DNA of 63,952 nucleotides, the filler included, from Hyphochytrium catenoides (Eukaryota > Protista > Hyphochytriomycota), in assembly GCA_900088475.1 (NCBI GenBank). It is 10 parts of 10 records of this genome, joined end to end, with 100 filler letters (N's around TTAATTAATTAA, not from the genome) between each part and the next. Parts side by side here need not be neighbours in the genome. Positions count along the whole stretch, not along the records: positions 16,860 to 43,274 come from FLMG01002936.1; 9 more parts are not named here. The stretch is one strand, 5' to 3'. Both the position numbers and the translations under genes were made by a program. Of the stretch, positions 24,703-36,868 are shown in pieces. Numbering within the stretch: the stretch's first letter is position 1; every line of letters starts with the position of its first letter. The notes beneath the pieces were generated by a model that was given only the letters and a program-made list of their open reading frames with translations, was not told the DNA's origin and did no database searches.

Positions 24703-25656
24703 CTATCTATAACTCTTAAGGTACGGATGGCTCCCGCCAAACTGTTGAATCATTTGAAGCCTACTCCCTGCCTGCACCGTGTCGTAGTCTTCGAGAAGCT
24801 GCCTACCCACCATCAACCGGATATGACTAGATGGCATCTGAGTCGCCTGAGAAAGAGACGGAATAGGGGGACGTTTGGATGAACAACGAGGTGGAGAGTA
24901 GACTTAGTACTAAACAGCGGCGAGGAAGAGGAAGCACGTCATCCACTTCAAGATTGGAGCTAGAAAGGGGTGAGAGAATAGTAATTGGCCTGAAAGATCG
25001 CAAGAGAATGAGAGCCGCAGGGCATTCCACGGCGCAAGGTTATCTACCCAGCGGTCCTATACAGCGCATTCTTAAGGAGAAAAGGCGGGCACATCAACAA
25101 GCTCAAAGAAACAACGGAGGCCCCAAACAACCAAAAGATTAGCGCGTCTCTACCTCTTCTATGAGATGTTTTAGCTGATCCACCCGTATGCACTGACTCG
25201 GGATCTCTAGCTGCAGCTCATGGCCCCTTAAAGTTCTGACTGTAATCAGAGGGGCCGTGCAATCCATCATCATTGCATCCTCTTTGAACACATCTTTCTC
25301 AATCCGACTCTTCTCGCATTCTGTAAGACAAAGCTTTTTCCAGGGCACGTTGCTTTCATCAATGAGAGGCTTGTGAGGGGCGTTCCAGACGTGTTCATGA
25401 GAGACGTCAAAGGCTGAGAATGTCTTTCTTTTCCGCGAGTCTTGACGTGGAGACACAGAAAACGTCTCTCGATGGAGACCAGCTACGTGAGAAACAAGGC
25501 TGGGTAAGAGGGAGGAAGATAAAATGCAGCGACAAGACGAAAGCACACTAAGAGTGAGAGATACAGGTAAACCGCATCTTCTTGAGATTTTCAACGCCAA
25601 TTCCGCTTACGAGTCGGTTCACGGTACAGATATCTACCTCTTGCTATAGCGTCCAT
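24703..25656 (-). CDS. Protein with C-terminal ubiquitin/NEDD8-like domain ending in di-Gly plus 9-aa tail (start uncertain)
   Basis: Exon ending at 25154 joins 24846-24703 in frame: LITVRTLRGHELQLEIPSQCIRVDQLKHLIEE|ATQMPSSHIRLMVGRQLLEDYDTVQAGSRLQMIQQFGGSHPYLKSYR*. Confidence 0.75.
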
Positions 25657-25899
25657 GTTCTCCAAACTTAACGACAGTCCCTTTCCAGCGGCGAACTTGC
25701 CCGGAAACTCCATCACTAGCGAGAGGATTGGCTTTGTCTTCACTCCTGTCCTTGATTTAGCTGAAGGAGGCTGAAAGCTAGTAGCGCTCAGCCTTACTAG
25801 GTCTATTCTCAGGGAACCACTTTCATTCATCCATTTTGAGGCCCTACAAACTCCAATAGGCTTACTGAAAGCTGTTATACGCTTGTCTGCAACCTAGCT

Positions 25900-26350
25900 G
25901 CTTCGACAGAGGAATGCTTTAAAAGTGACTCTTACGGACAACAGAAAGCCGATGAAAAAGCTTCAGAAAACTGGGAGACAAAGCTTCAGTTTGAAAGCAA
26001 GGGAAAAGCTGCAGAATGTGAGACGCCGTCACAGAGACTACGGGAGTGAAACAGAGCAGGTCAAGAGATATCAAGAAGCAGTACATTTCTAGGTAAAGCG
26101 TGAGATTCAGATCGAAACAGAAGCGAAAAAGTGGTGGAACTGAAAGATTCAGCACTTTCATGTGAAAGAATCAGCCTTATATACTCGCTGTATACCGTTG
26201 TGAAAGCTTCAGAAGGTAAAGAACCTTTCGTGAAGCTTTTCCAGAAATCACCTTCAGAAATCACCCCAAAAATCGATGTTGTCAGTTCTGAAGATTCCTG
26301 TCTGATGAAGCAGAGATTTCGCATTGAACTCTATTGCAAGAAGCTGCAAG
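25900..26350. promoter_or_regulatory. Divergent promoter region with clustered AAG(C/A)TTCAG / CTGAAG motifs
   Basis: Many near-copies (e.g. ~25959, 25981, 26143, 26204, 26251, 26288) between the head-to-head UBL and CIR1 genes. Confidence 0.4.
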
Positions 26351-26635
26351 GGAAGCGAGGAAACTCTGCGGCTGCTACTTCCAAGAGGCCTGTCTATCTA
26401 GAGGCCCATCATCCTTAGCGTCAAAGACCGCTTTCACACGCAATAATCTCTGTTTGGCACTCGTATGCCAGGTGTTTGAGTGGGGCCAGAAGTAGGGCTA
26501 ATGAGTAGACGATAGACAAGGCTTGTCCTGTCGGCGGTCGCCCATAAAGCCTCAGTTAAGTTGGGTCTTTGGGACCTTGAGACCTCATCTAACATCAACA
26601 AAACCTCACAAGTCGCCACTCCTTCATCCTGAGCC

Positions 26636-28305
26636 ATGGGAGGTATTGGGAAGTTCTTGAATCTGAAAGGATGGCACCCATCGAACAAAGCCAACCAAAA
26701 AAAGATCTGGATAGCCGAACAGAAGGCCAAGCAAAGGGAGAAAGAAGAGAAAGAAGCAGCAGCACAGGTGCAGAAGGAGCTGGAGCTGTACAAGTACAAA
26801 CAGATAGCCGCCGCGTCTGGAGAAGAATCGATCGTCACGGCAATCGATAAGTCAGCACTTAGCTTTCTCTACGCTCCGCCTCCAGGTCTAGACAAGCCAG
26901 AGAACAAGACTGAATCCGCTGGAGCAGAAGGTGAACTTGTTGTTATGTCGCTTTCTCGTACACAGCGCGAGAGTCCAGTCTCTGCTTCCTCATCTCGTCT
27001 AGTTGTTCGTTCGTCGTGTCTACCTCTCTCTGTGCCTTGACGTGTTTCTCCAGCGGACGTGCTGATCATCTTTACTTGCAGATGAGGCAGTCAAAGCCTT
27101 CAAGGCCAAGATCTCTGGGAAGGATTCCTTGCGAAAGCTTGAGAAGGTAAAAGTGAGGGCAGCATCTAGAAGAGCATCTAGTCGTCGTCTTTGGTTGACA
27201 TTGGCGTGGAGGTCGCCTCCCCCTCAACCTCTTCTTCCGTCGCGATGGGTACCGCCTCATCTGCATGATCTCTTGCAGGCTCTGCTATTATCTATGAGCT
27301 CACTGGGTACTATTTCTGCTCCTCGCTTTCCGTCCACTCCATCCTTGCGTCTTTTCGTTTCGTTTGGCGGCTCCTTTATAACTTTGTCATGGCAGGCAGA
27401 GACTCAGCACACCGTCTTTCGTTCTCTTGTTTGACGCTATAGGAAGCAGGTATCCGCCCGCGGGATAACCTCACGATCCAGGAACAAGTAGAACGCTTTC
27501 CCTTTCTGAAGGATGCACCTGTGGAGGGCTCCTTCACCGCAGATCTCAAGGTCAACTTCAAGCCAATGGGTGTGCAGATTAGGAACGTCAAGTGCCTACG
27601 CTGCGGTCAATGGGGCCATCAGTCCGGAGACCGAGAGTGCACGCTGAAGGACTTTAACCCGAACGATGCAGCTAGGTGAGTCATAGGCTAAAAGAGAAGC
27701 CTTGATAGGAGACGTGACAGGTCAGATAATGAGGATCCACGAGGCTACCGAGAAAACTGATAGCATTGCAACCGAGACCAGCAGAGAAGACTGCGGAAAA
27801 AGAGGGTAGATGGGGCAGGCTCTGCACCTCGGCTGTGCACGGCAAGAGAGAGAAGGTTGTCCGTGTTTATTTCTGTCGCTTATCACCCTCTTCTCTTCCT
27901 CATTGTCTACGCAGACAAGCCCGAGAAGACCCTCTTCGGCTCATACAAGAGGCTGGAGGCAGTCTTGACGTCAAGCAGAAGTTGGTGCTAAACAGAGCTT
28001 CGCTACCCTCAGAAATGTGTCAGAATGTAAACACAGAGGCGTACCCGATACTCATGTCGGAGGGAGACGAAGAGGAGGAAGATCCTGAGAAGGAGTTTCT
28101 CTCCTCTCTGTCCCGAAAGGAGAAGAAGTTGCTGCTCAAGAAGCTTATGAAGGAGGAGCAGGGCGCGGAAGAGAGAGACGCAAAGGACGAGAAGNNNNNN
28201 NNNNNNNNNNNNNNNNNNNNNNNNNNNNNNNNNNNNNNNNNNNNNNNNNNNNNNNNNNNNNNNGAAGACACTCTTACGATAGCTCTTGAGGAAGAAATGG
28301 GATAG
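26636..28305 (+). CDS. CIR1: CIR1-like splicing factor/corepressor (Cir_N domain + zinc knuckle); C-terminus crosses an N run, so the stop is at 28289 or 28305
   Basis: MGGIGKFLNLKGWHPSNKANQKKIWIAEQK; LSFLYAPPPG; FPFLKDAP; IRNVKCLRCGQWGHQSGDREC; DPEKEFLSSLSRKEKKLLLKKL. Confidence 0.9.
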
Positions 28306-28423
28306 CCGAGAGAGAGAGCACACTTTGCTCTGACTGGTCTTGAATGTCTCAACTGTTATTGTCTGCGGAAAGGCTTCTTCCGGGGAAGCAGTCGGAGCGA
28401 TTGGCGGACAATCTCAATGGAGA

Positions 28424-31156
28424 CTAGATAGGAAGAGAGAACATAGACGTCATTAGTGTGGCTGCCTCTCTCTCCATCTCTTCAAAATCTCCATGGGCTG
28501 GGGCCATCAACAAGGAGATCGTACCTGGGCCATCTTCTTCTTCTTTGAAACAGGGAACCGAAGGAGCTCCTTCTGGCAGCATTCTCTCTGTCTCCTCTTC
28601 CGTCTCCGCCCTGAAGGTAGAAGGGCCGCCGTCATTGGATGCATAGTCTTCTGTCTCGTCCTGATGGGAGACCATGGTGCTCTGGCCCTCAAAAGATAGC
28701 CGAGGAGGGCTCCCGTCCGAAGACTGTCCGAGAGGGTTTGAGTCCAAATTTTCCATGTTGCGGAGGATCTGAGACGGAGGCAGAAGGAGAAAGGCTTTAG
28801 ACGTTCCACCAGAGGTAAAGGAGAGATAAGTTAAGAGTATTTAGAAGAGCATTGGCCGAAGGAAGCCAATGAGAAAGATAGAGGAGTAAGAGGCAGGCAT
28901 AAGGGTCAACCCTAAAGCCAGACAGAGAGAGACAGAGAGAGGATGGTGCATTGAGTGAGACCAGCGCACGCACAGCCCACATGTTTGAGAGAGATCGGGA
29001 CCTCATTAGAGAGTAGCTAAGGGTATTATCTTATAGAATCACCTGCTTCCGTGCCAGGGAGAGTCTCTCTTTCCACGTCATAGCTCTATTAAATAGGGTT
29101 TCTGGTCCTCTGACTTCAGATGTCTCTCGCGGATAAGAGACCTCACTCCGTCCCTCGCCCACTTCCCTCGATCTCTCTGCCTTCTTTGTATATGGCTGCA
29201 AAGGTGTCTGCACGCGTTCTTGTCTGACATGGAGAGAGAGAGAAGTTCCTAAAAATAGTATACACAGGTGTGCAGCAGCCAACACGAGAAGCCCTTACGT
29301 TCTTTGACGGTCTGTCTCCTCTTCTCTCTCTTGTGCATCTCTGTCCTTGATAGTGGAGAGCTCTGCAAGGATTTGGCTCAGGAGGCTGGAGGCGGAGAGA
29401 GAGAGTATTAGAGAAAGAGCAATGGTTCAACAGCTAATAAGCCTCAATATCTCTCTTCTGAGCCAGAATGAAAGCCCTCTATTCTTGGCAGTTTCTCTCT
29501 TCTCTCCGCTATCTCAGCAGCTCCTCTACATCTTTCTTTCGGACCTATGTAGGGAAGTCTCTGCCTCTATCGCCTCTATCCTTGAGGATGGTCGACTTCC
29601 TACAGCTCGCGGTACTGTTGGGGCGCCGTGCTTCAAACTTCAGCGGAGGATGATGTCGTAAGAGAGATAAATAAAGGGAAAGCCAACCCACAAGACATCA
29701 ACAAAGAAGAGGTAGCCAAGGGCAGTGGAGGGGCATTGGTTGGGAGAGGACAACGTAGACAAAGAGAGCAAGTGAGAGAGAGCGAGAGAGAGAAGGTTGC
29801 GAGCGCGAGGCAGACACGCTGGAAGAAAGAAAGAGAGAGCCAGAGAGAAGTGGGAAGAGCACTTACAAGCTCTTCACTTCTTCAGCATCCCTTTCCTCTA
29901 TCAGATCATGAAGCTCGATCCTCTTGTCTAATACGCTGCCATTCATAAAGTCACATTCCCTCTTACAGCTTTAATTGCAGATAGATGCGAATAATGGATG
30001 AAGATAAGAGAGAGAGAGAGAAAGGAAGAGGTGACAAAAAGAGAGAGAAAAATGAAGAGAGCCCGTCGTACACGGAGAGATGCCTTGAGCACCGCGCACA
30101 TGTAAGGAAAGCAATGAATCTTCCTCATATTAACTACCTGTCAGGAGTTCCGTCTGCTGGCACGAGTCGGAGCCAGATCCCGAGAAGGACGACCATCGTA
30201 GAAGGAGGAAGGAAGAGTGAGACGTCTGAGTGTGGCGGTCAGCTGAGAGAGAGATCCTCCTACCTTTCCCAGTGCTTGGTTGCCTGGCAGCCGCTGTGAA
30301 GAAGAGAGGCGGGGGATGATGCAGCTCCTCCATCTCCTCTCTTAGTAGCTGCGATATATCAGTGGAGGCCAACCTCTTCTCTCCTCTCTTCATCGTTTCT
30401 CTCTCACGCATCTGGTCTTTCTTAGGATTCCTCTCTTCTGTTCTATGGCTTTGTATCTTCGGAGGCTGAGCCGGAGCAGGGACAGGACTTGGATGGGGTG
30501 ATGGCCTCGGCTTACTCGCTGGCAGCTGTCGTTTGCGGGCGATCGGGGATCGCTCACTCTTGGGCTTGTTCTTTTCCCGTGACTTGGACTCTGTGCGCCA
30601 TCTTTCTCTCTCTTTGGCTGCTTCTTGTTCTTGCTTCTCAATAGCCTTCGCCTTTCTCTTAGCAGGACCTGTCGATATAGACTTGCGGGACGAGATAATA
30701 GTCTGTCTCTTAGGTTTCTCTGTCTCGCTTTCCGACTGTCCTCCGCTATTCGCCTTCATATTCCGGAAGAGGTTGAGACTCTGAAAGGTGGTCCTTCCCT
30801 GACTTCTCGTCCCTCTCTTCTCTCTCTCCGATTGTTTGGACTCTCTTGAAGTCTCCAGTTTATCTCCTAAGGATTGGCCGCTACTCTCTCTCTCTTCGCT
30901 CTCTCTCAAGGCCAATCTGTCGGAGTTGGCACTGCTCTCTTCCACGAGCGATGGAACACCTCTCATCGTCGTTTCTTCGTTTGGTTTCTTCTCACTCTCG
31001 ATAGACAAAGAGAGGCCAGTTTTGAGAGGAATACGATTGGCATCTGTGCACCCTTGAGAGCTAAATGCTTCGCCTCCAGCAGCCCGTGGACTGTTTGGCT
31101 GTACCATGCAGCGGGCGCTTTGTGAGATCAGAGAGAGAGACAGAGAGCGAGAGAGC

Positions 31157-31190
<34 letters not shown>

Positions 31191-31839
31191 CAGAGAGAGA
31201 GAGAGAGCAGCCCAACGCCAGCCCAACGAAAAGAAAGAGCGATTGGCTCCATGCCCGCAAGACTTGAACAAGCAATAAAATAAGCAGAAGGCCTTCAGGC
31301 CAGACCAGGGATCTGACAGGAAGTAGTAACAAGTACTACGCTGACAAAGGAGAGGAAGAGAGAGAGACGTCAAAACGCCAGCTGCTACCTGTTTGAGATG
31401 CGACCCTAGTGCTCCTAAAGAGGAGAGAGACACGATGAGAGATATCCTTCCTATACATTCACCTCCCGGAGCCATCAGCGGTAGAGAGCGCTTTTCACGG
31501 CCCCAAAGAGATGGAGGCAAAGCCGGAAGCTCCTAGAAGAGAGAGAGAGCATGCTCAGCGTTTTTAACCCCGGAAGTCTTCCCACACCCGAGCTGTGCTC
31601 TCTCTCGTTCTCTTTCTACCTTAATGCAAGGCCCTGAAGACCTCTAGAGGACTAAGTTATGCGCTTCGCAGCCCATCTGCCTAGCTTCTCCTTTGCCCTC
31701 TGTCCGGTTTTAGCTCTCGTTCCACTTCTTCTCTCTCTCTCTCTCCTGCCCCATCGCGCCTTCCTTCCTTCCCTCTCAGCTCTATCTTCTGAGAGCTAAG
31801 CGCACAGCCTCAGGGAAGTCACCTAATTCCATTATGGAG

Positions 31840-31882
<43 letters not shown>

Positions 31883-33222
31883 TCTCTCATACCTCTGCTG
31901 CGAAGCTGCTCATTTCGTAGCAGCAGCATCCTTCCAGAGCTGGGAAACAAAAGATGTCATCTTCCTGTTTCAACCGGACCTGCTTTCCTCTTTCTATCTC
32001 TTCCCTTTCCCCGCTGGCTGGGAAGGAGACAAGCATCATAGCGAGAGGAGAAGGGCTGCTCCTGAGCGTGTGGTGGAGGATGTGGGCGTTGTATTCAAAG
32101 ATGCAAGACTTCCCTCGTAAAATTGGAACCATCTCTTCGCCATTCTCTGTCTCTCCCTTCTCTCCTTCTTCTCCATGCGTATCTAGAACATCTTCTCTCT
32201 TGTCCTCTTTCTCTTTCCTCTCTTCCTCTATCTCTCCCTGTTCCCGGTGCTTATGGCTTCTCTCTTGCTTCGCGGCATCCCTCGCTGCGTGGACATGGAA
32301 GAGAAGCACAATCTTAATCTCTATTGGAGAGAAGAGGAACTGTCAACAGAGGAGAGATTGAAGAGAACGATGAGCGAGGGAAAGAGGAGGAAGAGAAAGA
32401 GACGAGAGAGAGAGAGACAAAAAGGGAGAAAGCTGGGTTGCGCGGAAGAGAGCAACAAACTTGGAGCAAGGAAGGCAGCAGGTGGACAGAAGAAGAGGTG
32501 AATGACCGACCGAGAGAGAGAGAAGAAGAGAAAGAGCTCGGAGGAAAGAGGGGAAGAAGAGGCGCTTACCTGGAAGAAAAGAGTTCAGTGTAGGAAGCTT
32601 GCCTGTCACGTCAATTTGCAACGGAGGGAAGTCCAGAAACTGAAAGACAAAGCTTCTTTGACGGCTGTCTTCCTCATCCACATCCGTTCCTGTCTCTAAC
32701 TTTCTTTCCTAGAAGTCACCACGGCGATAGCAGGTGTTAAGGATTTGTAGAGAGCAGCTAAGAGAGAAGAAGCACAGAGAGGACAAGCGAGAAGAAAAAG
32801 AGAGATAGAAGGGGGAAGGAAGAAAGAGCGAGGGATTCGGAGAGAGAAATAGGAGAGAAGAGAATATCGCGTCTTAGAACGTAGCCTTTTGTGACCTTCT
32901 CGTGCTGCTCTAGGTTCTTTCAGAGAAAAGAGATTTGCAAAGAGAGAGAGGGTACGAGAGAGAGAGAAAAGAATAAAACAGAGAGAGAGAGAGAGAGANN
33001 AAAGAAGAAAGAGAGGGAGAGAGACTCTGTCACCTTTCTCCTTCCCGTTGGGTCGAAGCTCTCAATGAAGACTTCAAGTTTGAATGTCGAGGAGGGAGGA
33101 GAGAATAGTTCCAGAGGAAAAGTAGAGGACTGAACTCCTTCTCTCTCTCTCTGTCCTCCTGGGTCCTGTCTCTCTTCACTTCCTCTGTCTCGCACTTTCC
33201 CTTCCTCTGTCGCCTCCATCAT
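28424..33222 (-). CDS. MAP10/KIAA1383-like microtubule-associated protein (N-terminal HPHLAWLY-type domain, long low-complexity C-terminus), about 10 exons
   Basis: Exon motifs FKLEVFIESF, FQFLDFPPL, RGKSCIF and LPLMAPGGECIGRISLIVSLSSLG match MAP10 N-terminal motifs in order; downstream exons chain to TAG at 28424, though some joins in 30100-31300 are uncertain. Confidence 0.65.
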
Positions 33223-33792
33223 CCTGCTGAGAGAAGAGAGTTTGTCTCTCTTACTAGACCTCTCACGGGTGTCTCTCCTTCATCATCACTGTCTCTTCTC
33301 CTCTCACAAGCTCCTTTTCTATTTCTTCTCTTCCTCTACCTCCATTGATCTACTCCTTCCGCCCAGAGGACTCACTTTTGATCACCAAGGAAAGGAAAAT
33401 CTTCATTCTGTAGGAGCCAAGAGGTAGCAACAGCAGAGAAGACAGGAGAGAAAGAGCAAGGCAAGAGAGAGAGAGAGTGCTTGGAGAAGAGAGAGTGGGG
33501 AAAACCAAGGAGTGAGAGAAGTGAATCGGAGAGACACTGAGTGTTTAAAAGGGAAAGGGAGAGAGAAGAGCAGAAGGCGGAAAGGAGGCAAAAGAGAGAG
33601 GGAGAGGGAGTGAAGAGGCAAGGGCACTGAACGAAGAAGACACAGACGAAAGGTAATAGCAGGGCCCGAGAGACAAAGGGAGAGCGAGAGAGCGAGAGAG
33701 AGCGAGAGAGCGAGAGAGCGAGAGAGAGCGAGAGAGAGTGAGAGAGTGAGAGCGAGAGAGCGAGAGTGAGCGAGAGAGAGTGAGCGAGAGAA

Positions 33793-33872
<80 letters not shown>

Positions 33873-33889
33873 GGAGAGAGAGAGAGGCA

Positions 33890-35030
33890 AACACTGCCAG
33901 GACTATCATCAAAGATTCGAAAGGCCAAACTCCTAGAAGGTGTTACGTATACGCGCTGAGCGGCACTATTATTGATGTTACCTTTCGTTACTATAGGATA
34001 TGAGGAGGACAGCATGGTCTGTAGTAGTAGTAAGAAATATCTCAGGGGGAGGACGTTGATGGCCTCGTTCTTCTTTTCCTCCAGCAGCTCACTATTGTCA
34101 ATCGTCTTCTTAGTCTATTGCTTTCCCTCTCTTTCTTCTTCTATCGTTGTCCTCATCTTCATCAGTCCTCAGGTCCTTCCCTCTTCACTTCTTCTTTGGG
34201 TTCCTTCGTCTCCTCTAAGTCAACGCCTTGATATTATCTCAGTTATCCCAGTGTTTGGGGCAAAATGACGGCATAATAGTGCTGCTCCTTCTTTCTGAGT
34301 CATTGGATGGAGGATAGTATAAAAGAGTAGTTACTATTAGGATTAACTTCTTTCTCACCATCCAAGTCCATCCAAGCGGAGCCGCGTGAGCTTCAGGTCC
34401 ATCCGTTCCTTTTCTTTGTCTAAGACGTGTATGGAAGGAAGAGGGACTATCTTAGAGGACTTTGGCAGTTGTTGTTGTCCTTGTCTCTTCTACTACTACT
34501 ACTTATTCTTCGGTTCCGTTTCTCTCGTCATTGTCTATCGTCCATCATCCTCTCCCTTGATACTTCGTCGTCTTCCCCTTTCTCATGTCGAGACGGAGGA
34601 AGAGAGAAGCCTAGTGGTAGTTGGACTGTTTGCGACTAGGGCACTAGAAGACGGGATAGACTTTTTTGACCTTCTACATATAGCAAACGGGCCTTATAAC
34701 TACTAGCACGAGCTGATCATCCTGGGATAGGTTGTTTGACTATATAGTCAAAGCGCTGTCCTTATTCCTTCTCCCTTCTTTCTTACTTGGTTATCTTTAT
34801 CAGCGTCTATAAATCTCTTCTTGCCTTGGTCTTTGGGAACCTACTCATCATAGAAGAACTCGGTGATGGCTGGCGGAGGAGTGACCAAGCCTCTTAAACA
34901 GAGGTCAGAAGTCCATGTAACAGACGAGGACCTGATTCGGATAGGACGGGGAGGATCTTTGAAGCCTTATTACATATGGGCGATGATGAGAGACGACACA
35001 ACCGAGTCTTCCTAGGAGGAAGCTAGACAG
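33890..35030 (-). pseudogene. Decayed coding-like/repeat tract with TAG/TAA/CTA triplet runs
   Basis: One register reads ...ETEPKNK****KRQGQQQLPKSS... and *S***LL; no identifiable family. Confidence 0.4.
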
Positions 35031-36868
35031 AATTACGTCCCCGAAGATCAGCAAGAAGGATTATAGTCTTATTACTCGCGTTCCATGCAGGAACTAAGAG
35101 TGAGGATGGCAACAGTCAGCAAAAGCCAGCTTTTGGCTTCCAAACCACCTTTCAGCGCTAGTAGGAAAGCGCTATTCCCGCGACTTTTATTAGGTGGTGA
35201 GGAGAGCCACCTTGCAAACCATTCAAGCAACGAAATAAAACTTCTCGCTGTGGCACCTGTTCACAACCATCTCTTTGTGGCTGTCTCACTACTATGTAGC
35301 CAAAGATCAGGGAGTTGTGCGAGCTAAGTCAGGGTCGGCTGCGGATGATGGTGGTCGGTCACCAACTCTTGTTGAACTGGCCATCTTTAGAAGCAGCAGC
35401 ACTTTGTAGCAAAGCTACTTCTTAGTTTCCAAGTACTGACCTCTTCTTACGAACTAGCAGAAAATTGTGGAACACCACCTGGAGCATCATAACAAAGAAG
35501 AAAGAGCTCCGTCTCCGTCACACAGAAGGGAATGCAAGGCATCATCCATCGTCGTCTGGCCATCTGCAGGCGCTGCGTGAAGCCCCAAAAAGATTTGTCG
35601 CAGATTGCCAACGAAGATTCATCGGCCTTTTTCAGTCCCGAATATAGCTATCACGTATCGCTAATATGGCTAGCCCCCCTCCTGACGATATGCTTCTTGA
35701 TCCGTATGGTTATATCGAGAGTAAGAACAGTTGAGAGCCTATCATTTCTGATTCTACAGCATACGCTACAGTAAGTGCATGGGCCGTGTAGATCCGTGAT
35801 AGGCTGTGGTTGAGGTTGGTGTCTGGAGCACTGGACTCTTTCTGTTAATTTTGGATGTCCTTTCGTGGGAACGCTGCTTTGCAACAGCAAACCCATTGTA
35901 ATAAACCATAGACCTCTTAATACGGGTCCAGTGATACAAGCTCCATAGCCGGTCCACTGGGAAAGGTCGTATCATAGGCATTACTTTGTGGCATCTCTTC
36001 AGGCTGCAGACAACGTCCGTCCTTCCGTCTTTCTGTCTCTCCCTATCAGTCCCTTCTCATCATCACTCTGTCTCTCACTTTAGTGTATCTTCTCTGTAAG
36101 TTCATGACATCTGTACTGGACTCTGTGTCGAACCTTCTACTAGGACAAGGACTATGGGACTATGGGCACTTTATTACGCAGTGGTCCCTCTGTGTGTTGG
36201 GCGTGTTCAAGTTACCCCATCACCAACCTTTTCGACGCAGCCTCTCGGCTGGCTCTATCACGCCCACTCACTCTGTCTCACGCCAGCAGTCTATCTCGTA
36301 CTCCCCTCTGTGTATGTTCTGTTACCACGGTACCTCCGTTGTCGTTGATGGAATTCGCCCGATTCGTTGTGTCTCTCTCGCCATGATCTGTCTCGCCATG
36401 ATAGACAACTCACGTCACAACTTCTGTCTCCTTCTATAATCAAGAGGCGCACGCCATTCCTCCGCCCTCCTTCTGTAGCGCAAAACCCCCGCACTCAGAG
36501 GCGCCGAAAGGAGAGGAGAATCATTTTCCCGTCACAATCTGAAACGTCAAATCAGAATTTTCTTTCACGGCTCCAAAGCAATTTGGAAAGCGAAAACAAA
36601 ATTGTCGCCAAATCAGCGCAAGGAGAAGAGACAAATCAGCGCAAGGAGAAGACTCGCGATAAGCTTCATAATTCAAGCTTCAGTTGTTGCGACACTAGAA
36701 GCTCTGCTGCCAGACAGACTTGAGAAGAAGAGAAGCACCGAATCAGGAGGCAAGCACCGCTGTAAGGAAAGGCATCTGTCCACCCAGATTAGAACAAGTC
36801 TCAGAAACTGTCGTTGCGGTCTGTCGGAACATTAAGAGGTTGGACGAAAGCGGCAATCAATAGTGACT

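Noticed and set aside
29430-29645. Minus-strand frame with four in-frame TAGs that reads well if TAG=Gln (VEELLR*RREERNCQE*RAFILAQKRDIEAY*), suggesting codon reassignment
   Set aside because: Most of it falls in an intron of the MAP10-like model (donor gtccga at 29544); conserved genes end at TAG at the expected positions, and long Gln-rich exons (DUF1254) contain no in-frame TAG.
35050-36560. Short ORFs between the decayed tract and the DUSP
   Set aside because: No recognisable motifs or coherent splice structure; left unannotated.
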